Assembly: GCA_964016885.1 (NCBI GenBank)
Contig: OZ024741.1
Coordinates: 133,238,001-133,302,000, forward strand
Direction of reading: 5' to 3'
Origin: Eledone cirrhosa
Lineage: Eukaryota
Length of the DNA: 64,000 nucleotides
Shown: positions 1 to 13,079 of the stretch, one piece after another
Numbering within the stretch: position 1 is the first letter of the stretch
Layout of the letters: each line of letters starts with the position of its first letter
The notes under the pieces: generated by a model
Databases searched by the model: none
Told to the model about the DNA's origin: nothing
The model's input: the letters and a program-made list of their open reading frames with translations, nothing else
Program-made: the position numbers and the translations under genes

Positions 1-1030
1 ATGGTTCTATAGAAATAGTGGACACTTTCCGTTACCTAGGTGATGAAATCAGCAGTGGTGGAGGGTGTTCTGAAAGTACAGTAGCCAGAGTCAGAACGGG
101 ATGGAAAAAGTTCAGAGAGCTTAAACCGCTGTTGGCCACAAAAGATTTCTCTCTAAAAATGAAAGGTAGGCTGTATGATGCCTGCATATGAACAGCAATG
201 TTACATGGCAGTGAGACATGGGCTTTGTGTGCAGAGGATCTGCGCAGACTGGAGAGGAACGAAGTATTCATGCTCCGTTGGATGTGTAATAGTAATATAC
301 GTGAACGGCAAAGCATAAATGAACTAAGTGAAAAATTAGGAATAAGAGGGATCAGATGCTGTTTACTCGAAAGAAGACTACGTTGGTATGGTCATGTGAT
401 GCGCATGAAAATGACAGTTGTATAAAAAAGTGCAGGGCGATCAAAATTGATGGAAGTTATGGAGTAGGTAGACCCAGAAAAACCTGGGACGATTTGATAA
501 ATTCCAACCTCACACACTTTCACCTCTCTAAGACAATGGACCGAGAGCTTTGGCGCTATGCAGTAATACAGAAGACCCGCCTTGCCTATGTACAAAGAAA
601 AACCTAGTCAGTAGGCATCTCTTAAACAAATATATACCACATCCCACTACCCCTACTCCATCCCCCACCCCCACCCCCACTACCCCTACTCCACCCCAAC
701 CCCCACTCCCACCAACACCACCCTTTCTCTGTAAAGTTATGTTGGTACCACAACATCCAGTCCAAAATAATTGAGGTCGTGTAGGTGTCACGACAAAAAA
801 ACACACAGTCCACGCTGTAAAGTGGCCGCGTAGGTAACACACTAAAAACCTCCCAGTTCCACACTGTAAACGTGGTTGGTGTTAGGAAGGGTACCTAGCC
901 GTAGAAAACCTGCCGGACAGCCCTATACAAGCGAGATATGATCACCCGACTAATCTTGTCTCAAGTAGGACAATTCCCATCTAAACCCATGCTAGCATGG
1001 AAGATAAACGTTAAACATTGATGATGATGA
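1..1030 (+). mobile_element. RTE-clade non-LTR retrotransposon 3' fragment (family 1) with 3' UTR and (ATG)n tail
   Basis: Frameshifted RT C-terminus (YLGDEI...MLHGSETW...LRWYGHVMRM...GRPRKTW), C-rich tract 640-725, 3' module ending CCCATGCTAGCATGGAAG...GATGATGA. Confidence 0.85.
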
Positions 1031-2052
1031 TATATATATATATGAAGGCACATGGCTTAGTGGTTAGAGCATTGGGCTAGCAATCAAAATATATATACTT
1101 AAAGAATAAAGAGTAACATGGTTGGCTGTACAATAAGGGCTTTATTTAAAGTACTGACAATTGTTTCGTTGATCATGCGAGTCTAGAGTTTGCTAATCGC
1201 TTGAGGTTGCGTCAATCGATCTCCAATACATTATTTACCTCTGGTCAACACAGATTACGACGCAGAGTACTCACAACCTCTAACTGGATTACCTATAACG
1301 ATAACTTGTTATCCCATATATATATATATATATATAAAAGGAAGTACAGAATAATCGAAGCTCTGGCTGCAGCAAAGCTAACAAATACAATCAGGGTGTG
1401 CAGCTAAGCACTCAATAAGGAATTTTACCTTAGAGTTATAACATTACGTTTAGACAGCTTTGCAAATTGAAGACAGCGACCGATAGGCGAGCCGTAGTGA
1501 CCAAAGCAACGAAAAAACTGACTCAGGAAAAATATGACAAACGAGGACCATCGCGTTTATATTATACAATATCTCCGCTAGGTTTCTGTAAATCCGAAAT
1601 CAACAAAATCCACTTGCAGAGACCTGCATATTAACGGCTGAGCAGCCTAATTTGCATATCGAGTGAGTTAGTCGGCCGGGCGCACCGAAAACAAAAAATG
1701 GAAAAAATGAAACGAAATTTCATTTCTCACTCTTAGTACGGCTGTTACTTAAATATAAGTATGTATACGTACATACATACATATATGTATACAGACGTAC
1801 ATAAGTATGTATATATGTATGTATATATATACATACTTCTGTACGTCTGTGTACATATATGTATGTACGTATACATACTTATATTTAAGTAACAGCCGTA
1901 CTAAGAGTGAGAAATTAAATTTCATTTCATTTTTTCCATTTATCGTTTTCGGCCGAATAACTCACTTGATATGCAAATTAGGCTGCTCAGCCGTTAATAT
2001 GCATAAGGAAAGTATATACTTTCAGACGTTCAATCATCTGGTAGGAAGGTAT

Positions 2053-2095
2053 ACGATGCTGCCGATAGCTAATAAGCTTGAAACTAGTACATCGT
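2053..2095 (+). ncRNA. Minimal type I hammerhead ribozyme (core variant CUGCCGA, probably impaired)
   Basis: acgatg-CTGCCGA-tAGCTaataAGCTt-GAAA-CtaG-TA-catcgt: 6-bp stem I, 4-bp stem II, palindromic ACTAGT mini stem III, GUA cleavage triplet. Confidence 0.7.
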
Positions 2096-2195
2096 TCCTT
2101 TGTCAGTGTTGAACAAATGGGAAACGATGGTTGCTAAACACTGTACGGCTTAATTCGGGCTGTTTGTTTACAAACAAACCGAGCATTATAATAAA

Positions 2196-3331
2196 ATAGC
2201 TGACGTACGCAGCTTCGTTCGAGTAAACAGATGATAAGAGAAGAGAGGTAAAAGAGAAAATGACTGTATTGGATATTTGTCTGGTTACAGTATGAGGCGT
2301 GTCCGTGGTGTCTGTGTGATATAGAAAACAGTAAAAAAAAAATCTTCCGGATATACCAGATTCTTCGTTGTACCGTTTAAGCATAGTATATGAACAATTC
2401 TAGGTGCTCCCACCTAGAATAGTGACCTCTAGAAGAAGGTTCATCTTCTGCCTCACTGTAAAACGTGTATCATTGCATAGACGTGGTTGTTCCACGTTTC
2501 TCAAAAGGATGATGGAAGTTCCAATCTTTTATATTATATGTAGATATAGATATAGATAATTAATATAAAAGATGATGCTCAGCCAGTTCGTCTTCAACCA
2601 TCACAGCACGCCATCGCTGCTTGGCTCCAGTGTTTCGTTGGCGTTGTTCAGCCAGCTCCTCTTCATTCATGGCGGCACGTCTTCGCCTCTGAAGTTTGGC
2701 GTTCCGATGGCGCTGTTCGGCCCGTTTTTCTTCATTCCTGGCTGCACGCCGTCGCCGCTGTAGTTCACTGTTTGGTAAAGTCGAATTGCTTTTATTATCA
2801 GTATTCATTTCGAGCAATTGTCAAAAAATGACACAATAATAAATATATAAGATGTCCGTCAATGTAAAAAAAGGTCCCTATTTACTCCCTTCACAACTCT
2901 GTGTATGTTAGACCGACAGACAGGCACACAAACAGATAAACTGCGTCGTGATTGTGGAACACCCTACGTACACACACATACACGCATGGAAACGCGCACA
3001 CGCATGAACACTTACACACGCACCAGTGCACTTACACACACTTACACACTCACACATGTTGATAGTTTTTACTTTCTGTGAAATGCTGCACGCACGCTCA
3101 CACACATAAACATACGCGCACGTACATACACACGCACACATGGTAATAGTTACAGCGTTAACTTTGCCTCTCTGTTTCTTACTCTCCCCTCTCACTCCCT
3201 CATTCGCATTATGCGTATTAATTTAAGTTTGGCGTCGTTGAGGTGGGTGGAGTCTTTTGAAACCTATGAACCAATGATTATCGGGAATTATGACACACGG
3301 AATACTGACGTTGTTGAAATTAATATATAGA
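2196..3331 (-). mobile_element. Non-autonomous Helitron deletion derivative
   Basis: 5' TC...3' CTAT (canonical CTAG) inserted between A and T with no TSD (empty site visible at 63415/63416). Carries a PIF1-helicase remnant 2528-2400 (KIGTSIILLRNVEQPRLCNDTRFTV...LEVTIL) and 23-aa STPR-like repeats (ORF 2560..2817). Confidence 0.85.
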
Positions 3332-3721
3332 TGTTCGGTAAACCCATACGTACATATATATATGTGTCCATGTATGTATATATATACATACTACTGTATG
3401 TCTGTATACATATATGTATGTACGTATACATACTTATATTTAAGTAACAGCCGTACTAAGAGTGAGAAATGAAATTTCGTTTCATTTTTTCCATATATAT
3501 ATATATATATATAAAACAATGATAGTGAGTAAAATCGAAGTTGCAGCTGCTACTAACATCTTTCAAAAACAATGCTCAGAAGCTGGCACAAGCACTCAAT
3601 AAATTATACCACAGAGCAATAAACATACGTTAAAGGTGTGACAAATTGAAAATTGCAGCCGGGTAAAAAAAACTGCCACAAAAGCCACCACAAGAACGAA
3701 AATAGAAACAGGATATATATA

Positions 3722-3755
<34 letters not shown>

Positions 3756-4180
3756 CACATACATACATACATATATATATATAGATACATATACATATCA
3801 TCATCATCATCATTTTACGTCCGCTTTTCCCTGCTTGCAAGGGTGGGACGGGTCCTATTCAGCACAGCATCTCTCTACTTGTCACGGTCCTTTTATATAT
3901 ATATAATAATAATAATGATACTATTTATAGTTATGTATATACTATAAACAACTATAAACAGGAAAGGTCAGAAATTTCCTACTACCTTATTACCAGTAAG
4001 AGAAATGTAAGAACATCAGGTGTTAATTTTAATTTTAATTTTTGTACAATTCTCGTATAATATACGTCGCATCCATTACACCCTGTAAATACGAAACTGT
4101 TGCTCACAACATCAATATATATGTATCTATATGATTGTTCAGTTGAATAGGAGGTTAATTATATGTACAAACATTGATAA

Positions 4181-4222
4181 TGCTCCGATGACTCCAAAGT
4201 TTGGTAGAAACGATTGTCAACA
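4181..4222 (+). ncRNA. Degenerate minimal hammerhead ribozyme (second family)
   Basis: tgct-CCGATGA-ctCCAAagtTTGGta-GAAA-CgattG-TC-aaca; one core substitution and one stem I mismatch. Confidence 0.5.
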
Positions 4223-4247
4223 CTTAAATGATTTGAACATAACTTTC

Positions 4248-4281
<34 letters not shown>

Positions 4282-4361
4282 CATCATCATCATCATCATT
4301 TTACATCCGCTTTTCCCTGCTTGCATATATATATATGTATGTATGTATGTATATATATGTG

Positions 4362-5595
<1,234 letters not shown>

Positions 5596-5804
5596 TATAT
5601 ATATGTATGTATGTGTATATATATATATATATAATGAAGGAAGTGTGGTAAGGAACCAGATGGACCATAACGCATGAGAGTACTCAATACTTGGGTAGTA
5701 GAGTGGGTAATAAGAAAATGTTCAAGACCCTGAAGCCAGAGCTCAAGCCATTTCGACGGCTATTTCTGTCCAGAAATAGCTGTCTGGGTCTTGAACATTT
5801 TCCC

Positions 5805-5836
<32 letters not shown>

Positions 5837-5856
5837 ATATACATACATACATATAA

Positions 5857-6047
5857 TTGTTTCTACTTTTGGCACAAGGCCATCAATTACCCAGTACATT
5901 ACTGGTACTTTATTTTTTTATCGACCCCGTAAGGATGAAAGGCAAAGTTAACCTCGGCAGGATTTGAACTCAGATCATAAAGGGAGGTAACTCTATGCTT
6001 CAAAGCTAGGCGTCCGGCCCTTTACCGATACTGCCAATCCACCGCCT
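5857..6047 (-). mobile_element. tRNA-derived SINE family B (other copies ~22470, 28450, 36066, 38350, 42960, 47770, 54118, 54690, 55150)
   Basis: B box GAGTTCAAATCC and conserved block GCCTTTCATCCTTACGGGGTCGATAAAATAAAGTACCAG; 3' end GGCCTTGTGCCAAAAGTAGAAAC. Confidence 0.8.
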
Positions 6048-6222
6048 TGTTAACCACCATTTGCCATGTAATGAATCATGCACACATTAAAAAATGACTG
6101 TGTGTGTGTGATATATATATATATATATTACATACATACATATAATATATATATATATCACACACACACAGTCATTATTTTAATGTGTGCATGACTCATT
6201 ACATGGCAAATGGTGGTTAACA
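6048..6222. repeat. Fold-back palindrome, ~80-bp arms centred on (TA)n
   Basis: TGTTAACCACCATTTGCCATGTAATGA... mirrored by ...TCATTACATGGCAAATGGTGGTTAACA. Confidence 0.9.
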
Positions 6223-6362
6223 GACTCATAAAAGGTTAAAAATAACCATTACATTATAAATGCTTCACAGATTCAGAGAATATCAAGCACTGGGTCATGG
6301 TATCCGCTTGAAAAATGTGTGCAGCTCTAAAATTTCCTTAAAATAAACCTTGTACATAAACA

Positions 6363-6401
<39 letters not shown>

Positions 6402-6402
6402 G

Positions 6403-6434
<32 letters not shown>

Positions 6435-8230
6435 TACTTACCCTTAACCTGCATTGATAGTCTTAGGAGCCTCAGTTACTGTCATCTTGTTCACACAGTC
6501 AGTTAGTTAAAGTCTGTTCTAAGCTGAAGGCTCATCAAGTCAGTGCTTATCCTCAGTTTACTGGGCATTAAGCTGCTGAGATTACAAGACTCTCCCTGGA
6601 CAGGATGCCAGTCTATTGCAGATTTCACTCCCCAGCTACTGCTGGTACTCACTCTCAGCTGAGTGTACTGGAGCAACATGAAAGTGTTTTACTCAAGAAC
6701 ATAACACAGTTCCCTGTCCAGGAATCAAACTTATGACACTACAATTGTATGTCAAGCATCCTAACCATTAGGCCACACACACCCAAATACTTATTATGTA
6801 CTTACATTCCTCCCAAGGAATAATCACGAGAATGTGTGAACATTTTTAGATCTCATTGTCATATTTGCTTTTATATAACTAGAACAGAACAACACATGAC
6901 AGTTCCCAGTGTGATCTGATATTGGGTATTTGTCACTAATCACATTTTTTTATCAAGTTTACCTGTGTTGATTCAATTCAGGTATTACAGTAATAATATA
7001 CACTACTGTCTCTGTAGTTGACAGGTGACTGTAATTTTGTTTTATCAAATTTACCAGTATTGATTTAATTCAGGTATTTTAAAGTCTAAAGTCTGTCTTG
7101 AACATGGAGGCTCATCAGGTCACTGTGTATCCTGATTTCCATGGTGTGAAGCGACTGAGTATACAACACTTCCCCTTGGACAGGATGCCAGTCCTTCACA
7201 GGGTTAAACCCTCAGCTAGTGCTGGCACTAATTTTCAGCTGAGTATACTGGAGCAACGGGAAATAAAGTGTTGACTAATGACAGTGGAATCTTATTCAAC
7301 AATAGTGGTTCCCACTCCTCCCCTATTTTCTTTAAGCAATTTGTTTTTCCTAGAAAAGCCATATATCCAGTTTTGATAAATAGGATAAATATATAAATAA
7401 ATAAATAACAATCATTAATTCTCCTTTGTTTGTTCACAACCTGCATTCGTTTGCAAAAAAAATCTAATTTGTTAATTCAATTGTTTGTAAAACAGGAGTT
7501 AGCTTTGTGGAACCCATGAAACAAATTTTATATATTTTTTACTCATGGAGTCCTTTTTGAAGCAAAGTTTTACAGCTGGATTTCCTTCCTGGCATCAACC
7601 CTTTAGGCACTTCTTACATACAAAATATATGAAAAACTGTTCTTTATAAATTGGATTTTGACTCTGTTCATGCCAACCCTTACCTATGGTCATGAATCTT
7701 CGGTAATGACTGAAAGAATATGATCACAAATACAAGCAGCTGGGATGGGGTTCTTCTAAAGGGTCTTTGGAGTAACATTACTCAAAAGAGTGCGTAAATC
7801 AACAATCAGAGATTCGCCATAGGTAGAGTTACTATTTCGCCGAATTGAGAGATGACAGCTCCAATATTACGGAAATGTGCTCAGAATGTCTAAGGAAAGA
7901 ATCACTGGACAGAACTTACATGCAAAAGCAACTGGCAGGAGACTCAGGGGTAGACCCTGAGTAGGATGGTTGGATAACATCCATGAGCTTGGCTGGTCTC
8001 GCTTCGGGATCCAGCCAGATCAATTGGAGACTTGTTTCTGGTAGAATTATCTGAAAGATGTATTTAAGGACTCTGCCCCCTATGACTATCACAGGAATAA
8101 GTGAGTGGAGAATGAGGAAAGTGACAACAACAACTACTACTACTACTACTGCTGCTGCTGTTACTACTACTACTACTACTACTCTGCACTAAAATAGAGC
8201 CTATGTCATAATTTCAGATAACATATCTAT

Positions 8231-8578
8231 TCATCATCATCATCACCATTTCATTTTACGTCCGCTTTTTCCCTGCTTGCAAGGGTGGGACGGGAACTGA
8301 TTTTGGCTTGATTTCTACAGCTGGATGACCTTCCTAACACCAACCTCATTTACAGTGAGTGCTGGGTGCTTTTTTGCCGTGGCACCTCCACGACCACTTT
8401 GCAGTGGAATGATAGGGACCCCAGTCCCTATCATCTCATTTCTACAGCTGAGTAAACTGGAGCAATGTGAAATAAAGTGTCTTGCTCAAGGAAACAACAC
8501 ATCACCCGGTCTGAGAATTGAACTCACAACCTTTCGATTGCAAGGCCAATGCTCTAACCACTAAGCCATGTGCCTCCA
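8231..8578 (-). mobile_element. SINE family A, full-length inverted copy
   Basis: Reverse complement of 5282-5595 at high identity; (CAT)n tail at 8232-8245. Confidence 0.8.
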
Positions 8579-9024
8579 TCTTGATATTTTAATATCCTAT
8601 AATGAGTAAGCAGAAAATATTGAGAAGCAGGTTTGTTAATTTAAATGTTTATAGTATCTTTACTTGTGAACACATCTTTTTACTTCTTGTTTGCCCACTT
8701 ATTCCCGAGAGGGCTGTGGAGACAGAGTCCTCAAACACACCTTACACTGGATCCTGTCAGAAGCAACCATCTCCAATTGATCTGGCTGGATCCCTAAGTG
8801 GGACGAGCTGAGCTCATGGATGTTATCCAACCATTTTCTTGGGATCTACCCCTGGGTCTCCTGCTGGTTGGTTTTTGCCTGTAAAATTTGTTCAGCAATT
8901 CTTTCCTGAGACATTCTAACTACATGTGGACACATCATTTTGGAAATTTGCAGTATTAAAGTAAAGACTTTGATTTATAATATGATGCAGCCATAGTGCT
9001 GTTTTGCACTTTCAAGAATGTCTT

Positions 9025-9330
9025 GCTAATACAATTTCATGTGGAACGGGACATTAAGTATTAAGAGAGCTCTTTGGTAATGTGTTTTCATGTGGTACAG
9101 GACGTTAAGTTTTAAGATCGCTCACTGTTAATGCGGTTTCATGTGGTACAGGATACGAAGTGTTACGACAACTCTCTGCTAATGTGGTTTCATGTGGTAC
9201 AGGGCATTAAGTGTTAAAAGAGCTTTCTGTTTATGTGCTTTCATGTTATACAGGATGTTAAATGTAAGACCGCTCTCTGCTAATGCAATTTCATGTGGTA
9301 CAGGATACTAAGTGTTTTATGAAACACTCT
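9025..9330. repeat. ~52-bp minisatellite, ~6 diverged copies
   Basis: Recurring TTTCATGTGGTACAGGA...TAAGTGTT...CTCT at ~52-nt spacing. Confidence 0.85.
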
Positions 9331-9892
9331 ATGTTGTTGCTTAGCTGTGATATAGAATATCTTTGACCAAAAGCTCTCTAGCCAGGAGCATCTTGACTTT
9401 TGAGGAGAATCAATGACTACATTATTTTATGTGCCAATTAACAAAAAAAAACTGTAGGGTGTGATTTGAAGGAGATTCAGCTGCTATTTCACTATACCAA
9501 GATTGGCGTGCCATTTATACAAGGATTACAGGATACATAAACAATTATACAAACTGAAGAATTTACATTTTGTTAAATTATTGGTTTGCCTAAGAGAAAC
9601 CCTATAGTCTATGTTGGTTACCGACACATAAAAGTGATTAAGATAAGAATTATATTTTAATAATTTGTTTCTAAAATATAATTATGTAAACGTTCATCTC
9701 CATCATCAACATTTAATGTCTCTTTTCCACATTTGTTGAGTGTATTCGGCTGTCATATTGTGAGGCCAGACAGGTTAGGTAACCACATCTCGCTCATACA
9801 TTCTGTTTTTAGTTTCTTTTTTTTAGGGCTGGATACCCTTTCTACTGCCAACCACCTTACTGGGAGCTGGGAGCTTTTTAGTAGCACCAGTA

Positions 9893-10205
9893 TGTGGCCT
9901 ATGGTAAGGGTGTTGGACTTACAATCATAATCTCATGGGTTCGATTCTTGGATCAGATTGTGTGTTGTGTTCTTGAACAAAACACTTCATTTCATAATAT
10001 ACTATACTAGTATATTCATTTTCTAATATACTATACTAGTATATTATATTCAGCTGAAAAGGAATACCAGCTGTAGCTGGGGGTTTAACCCTGCGACGGA
10101 CTGGCATCCTGTCCAGAAGGGAGTCTTATACTCTCAGTTACTTAATGCCACAGAAACCGGGATAAGCATTGGCCTGATGAGCCTCCTGGCTCTAGACAGA
10201 CTTTA
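9893..10205 (+). mobile_element. tRNA/CORE-headed SINE with a different 3' tail (related inverted copies ~6510-6780 and ~7085-7275)
   Basis: A/B boxes, core-like segment, tail AACCCTGCGACGGACTGGCATCCTGTCCAG...CCTGATGAGCC...ACAGACTTTA. Confidence 0.65.
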
Positions 10206-10514
10206 AACTTACCACCTAACAGGGTGGACTGGGAGCTTTTTTCATGGCACTAATGCAACCCTTTTACAGAGTGGAGTGGGTGCTTTTTGTCATAGCACTA
10301 GTACGACCACCTTACAAATGGCATACAGGATTAAATGTATGAATAACTTTGGAGAAAGGGGCAGGTGTAGGGTTTTACAGAAACAGATGTAGAGTTAGAA
10401 CCCAGGATCTTGTAATTAGAAAATGAACTTCTTATTGTCGCTACATGAGTGAGATAGGAAATGCATTGTGTAAATTTTGAAGAGTCACAGACATATATAA
10501 ATATACAAACACAC

Positions 10515-10825
10515 TTAGTAAGGCTTTGCTACATGCCAGATCGAAGAGGGCCACTGTCTGATAGGTTTGTGGTTAAGCCTGTGGCAGTGAAGACTTCCAG
10601 CATTCTTGGCCCTCAGACCAAATTCCTGCTCACTGTTATCTGAGCCGAGTTGGCTGCTCACATGTGCGAGCCCCACAAGGTGGACTACTGTTCCAGCATG
10701 TCTCCCTTGCCATCCAAGGGCAATGTTGGCTGGGACCTCACAATATGAGGTGGCTGTTCCAGAGTGTCTCCCTTGCCATCTGAGGGCAATGTCGGTTCTG
10801 ACCGCGCGGAGGACCGACATTTAAG
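10515..10825 (+). mobile_element. 3' end of a CRE-like (restriction-like endonuclease) non-LTR retrotransposon, with a 66-bp terminal duplication
   Basis: RFVVKPVAVKTSSILGP...FQHVSLAIQ-GN resembles the PxAVETxGxxG...LFQRLSVAIQRGN C-terminus. Confidence 0.6.
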
Positions 10826-10944
10826 TTTCATTTATGGTGGTAGCGTATGGATTTGATTTACTTTGGACAAGTGAAAGCTATGTATGTATACGTCTGTATA
10901 CACTGAAAGATCTATAAATAACCATGTGACTCGACCAACCTCGT

Positions 10945-11025
10945 GACTAGTGACGTCATCAAACAATATATAAAGCCGCCGTCTTCTTTCCTTCTTTATT
11001 AGTGGTTATAGTTACGTAGGTAAGT
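10945..11025 (+). promoter_or_regulatory. Candidate syntenin core promoter and short non-coding exon 1
   Basis: CRE palindrome TGACGTCA 10951-10958, TATATAAAG 10967-10975, consensus donor AG|GTAAGT at 11019/11020, in a locally CpG-retaining region. The ATG exon has its own acceptor, so an upstream exon is required. Confidence 0.55.
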
Positions 11026-11427
11026 CCGCCATTTGTTTACTTTCTAATTTCTATTCAATACATACATATATTTATTTATTTAACTCATAATTTCTGTAGG
11101 ATTAATAAATAGTTTCATGTATTTTGTAAGGTAACAATTACTATTTTATTACCTGTATTCGCCTCATCTGTGCTCAAGAGTAGTATTCATGAACCATACA
11201 TTATCAATCTGCTTTATTATTATTACATATTGAATTTAGTTTCACACACACATATATATATATATATAATATATGCACATACAATAATAATGAGTAGGAA
11301 CGAAGTGTCAATGTATGATCATTAAGTTTATTCATACTTTCATACGCCTTTTTATCTATATGTATACACACATACATATATATGGTTAGCTAGTGCTCAT
11401 ACGATTAAATAGATAATTTCTGTCTCC

Positions 11428-11476
<49 letters not shown>

Positions 11477-12903
11477 TTTATGTCTGTATTACTATCCTCC
11501 ATAACTAGTGTTTAGCTTGTTTATACTCCTCTGTTAATACCATCACACTACACTTCACGTCTCTGTCTCTCTTTGTACATCACAGTGTTGATGAATCAAC
11601 GAGAGGGCCTCTACCCAGTAGATGACTTAATGTATATATATATATATATAATAAATACCAGCCAAATTTCACACAAATCACACCCACCTGTCTTAAATTA
11701 TTAAAATATAGATATGTAGTCCTATATATTGAAAATGACTAGACGGTTACGACTATCTGTTCGATAGTGGAGTGGCGTTCTGAAGGACTAAACAAACACT
11801 TGATATCTCTCTGCTTCTTCTTGCTAGCGTTTATTGTGTGAGCTTTTATTTATTTATATAATGTGAAGTTGTATAGTTCATGCCTTTCCGCCACCACATC
11901 CTGTTCTTTGTTTCTTACTGTTCCTATTTAGTATTTTCTTTACCTTGTCGAAAATAGTGAGGTGGGGGAGATGGAGATATATGATTATTGCCTGATATGG
12001 TATCACCATATCAGACATCATTTCATACACACAACTGTTCGTTGTTAATATATATCTATATATCTCTTTACACGATAAAATGGGTGTAGTTGTTTTTACA
12101 TTTATTTAACCTGCCCGACTATTTCTGCACGCACACACGGCCCTGTTTGTAATCTCCGTTATACATTTTGGTCAATCTTTCCTCCTATATTTCATACTTA
12201 CACTCTGGCTAGTTGGGAGTTCATAGTTACACCCTTGTTAGCAGGGAGAATGGACGTTAAATGATGGTGATGACTCCAGATGAACAACAGCGCAGTATAA
12301 TTTTTCACATTTTATCATCATCCTGGGAAGAAGAAAAAAAACATTTTCTTTGTCTGTAATGATGACATAAATATTTATTAGCGATGATGCTGAAATTGAT
12401 AGTCCTGCTCTAGCATAGCCACAACACAAACCCTTCTAACCTCTTTCTAATGAGAGAGTGGTGACCCCACTATAGCCCCAGGAACATCCTACCCCTAACC
12501 TCCATTCTAAGTAGACACTAGCTGAACACTTGGACTGTTTGTGTATCTAGGGCAGATCTCGTAATAAAATATTTATGTAGACAGACGCTAACATCAAAAC
12601 AGTTTTTGTATAGGTAGATCATGTATATACTACTCTGATATCAGTATAGTGAACAACCATTCCGCCTTCTTCGCAGTATCTTAACTAATACTTTACCCAA
12701 CGGCACCATACATTTGCTTACGCAATTGCTTCTTTGTTTCTATACACACGCATTCGGATATATATAATACACACGCACACACACACATATGTGTGTGTGT
12801 GTCTGGGTAGTTATTTAACATCGCTTCATTATTTCTTTTTAATTATATTTCCCCTGCCGTGATATCGTAATATTGGCTACTATAGATACTTTGGACTTTG
12901 ACG

Positions 12904-13079
<176 letters not shown>

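Larger units (their letters stand above)
1625..3494 (+). mobile_element. Hammerhead-bearing retrozyme/Penelope-like element: ~1.25-mer (1822-2195 + 3332-3494) plus inverted partial copy (1625-1820), interrupted by a Helitron
   Basis: Colinear with the reverse complement of 63246-63673; head-to-tail junctions near 1690-1700 and 1939; flanked by (TA)n. Confidence 0.7.

Noticed and set aside
6271-6347. Possible terminal exon of an upstream gene (cacag acceptor, short open frames, AATAAA at 6342)
   Set aside because: No recognisable protein similarity or partner exon in the window; needs RNA-seq.
10150-10200. GAAAC...CTGATGAGCC hairpin in a SINE tail as a possible hammerhead
   Set aside because: No GAAA after the stem in any of three copies (10170, ~6530, ~7110); best read as a SINE 3' stem-loop.
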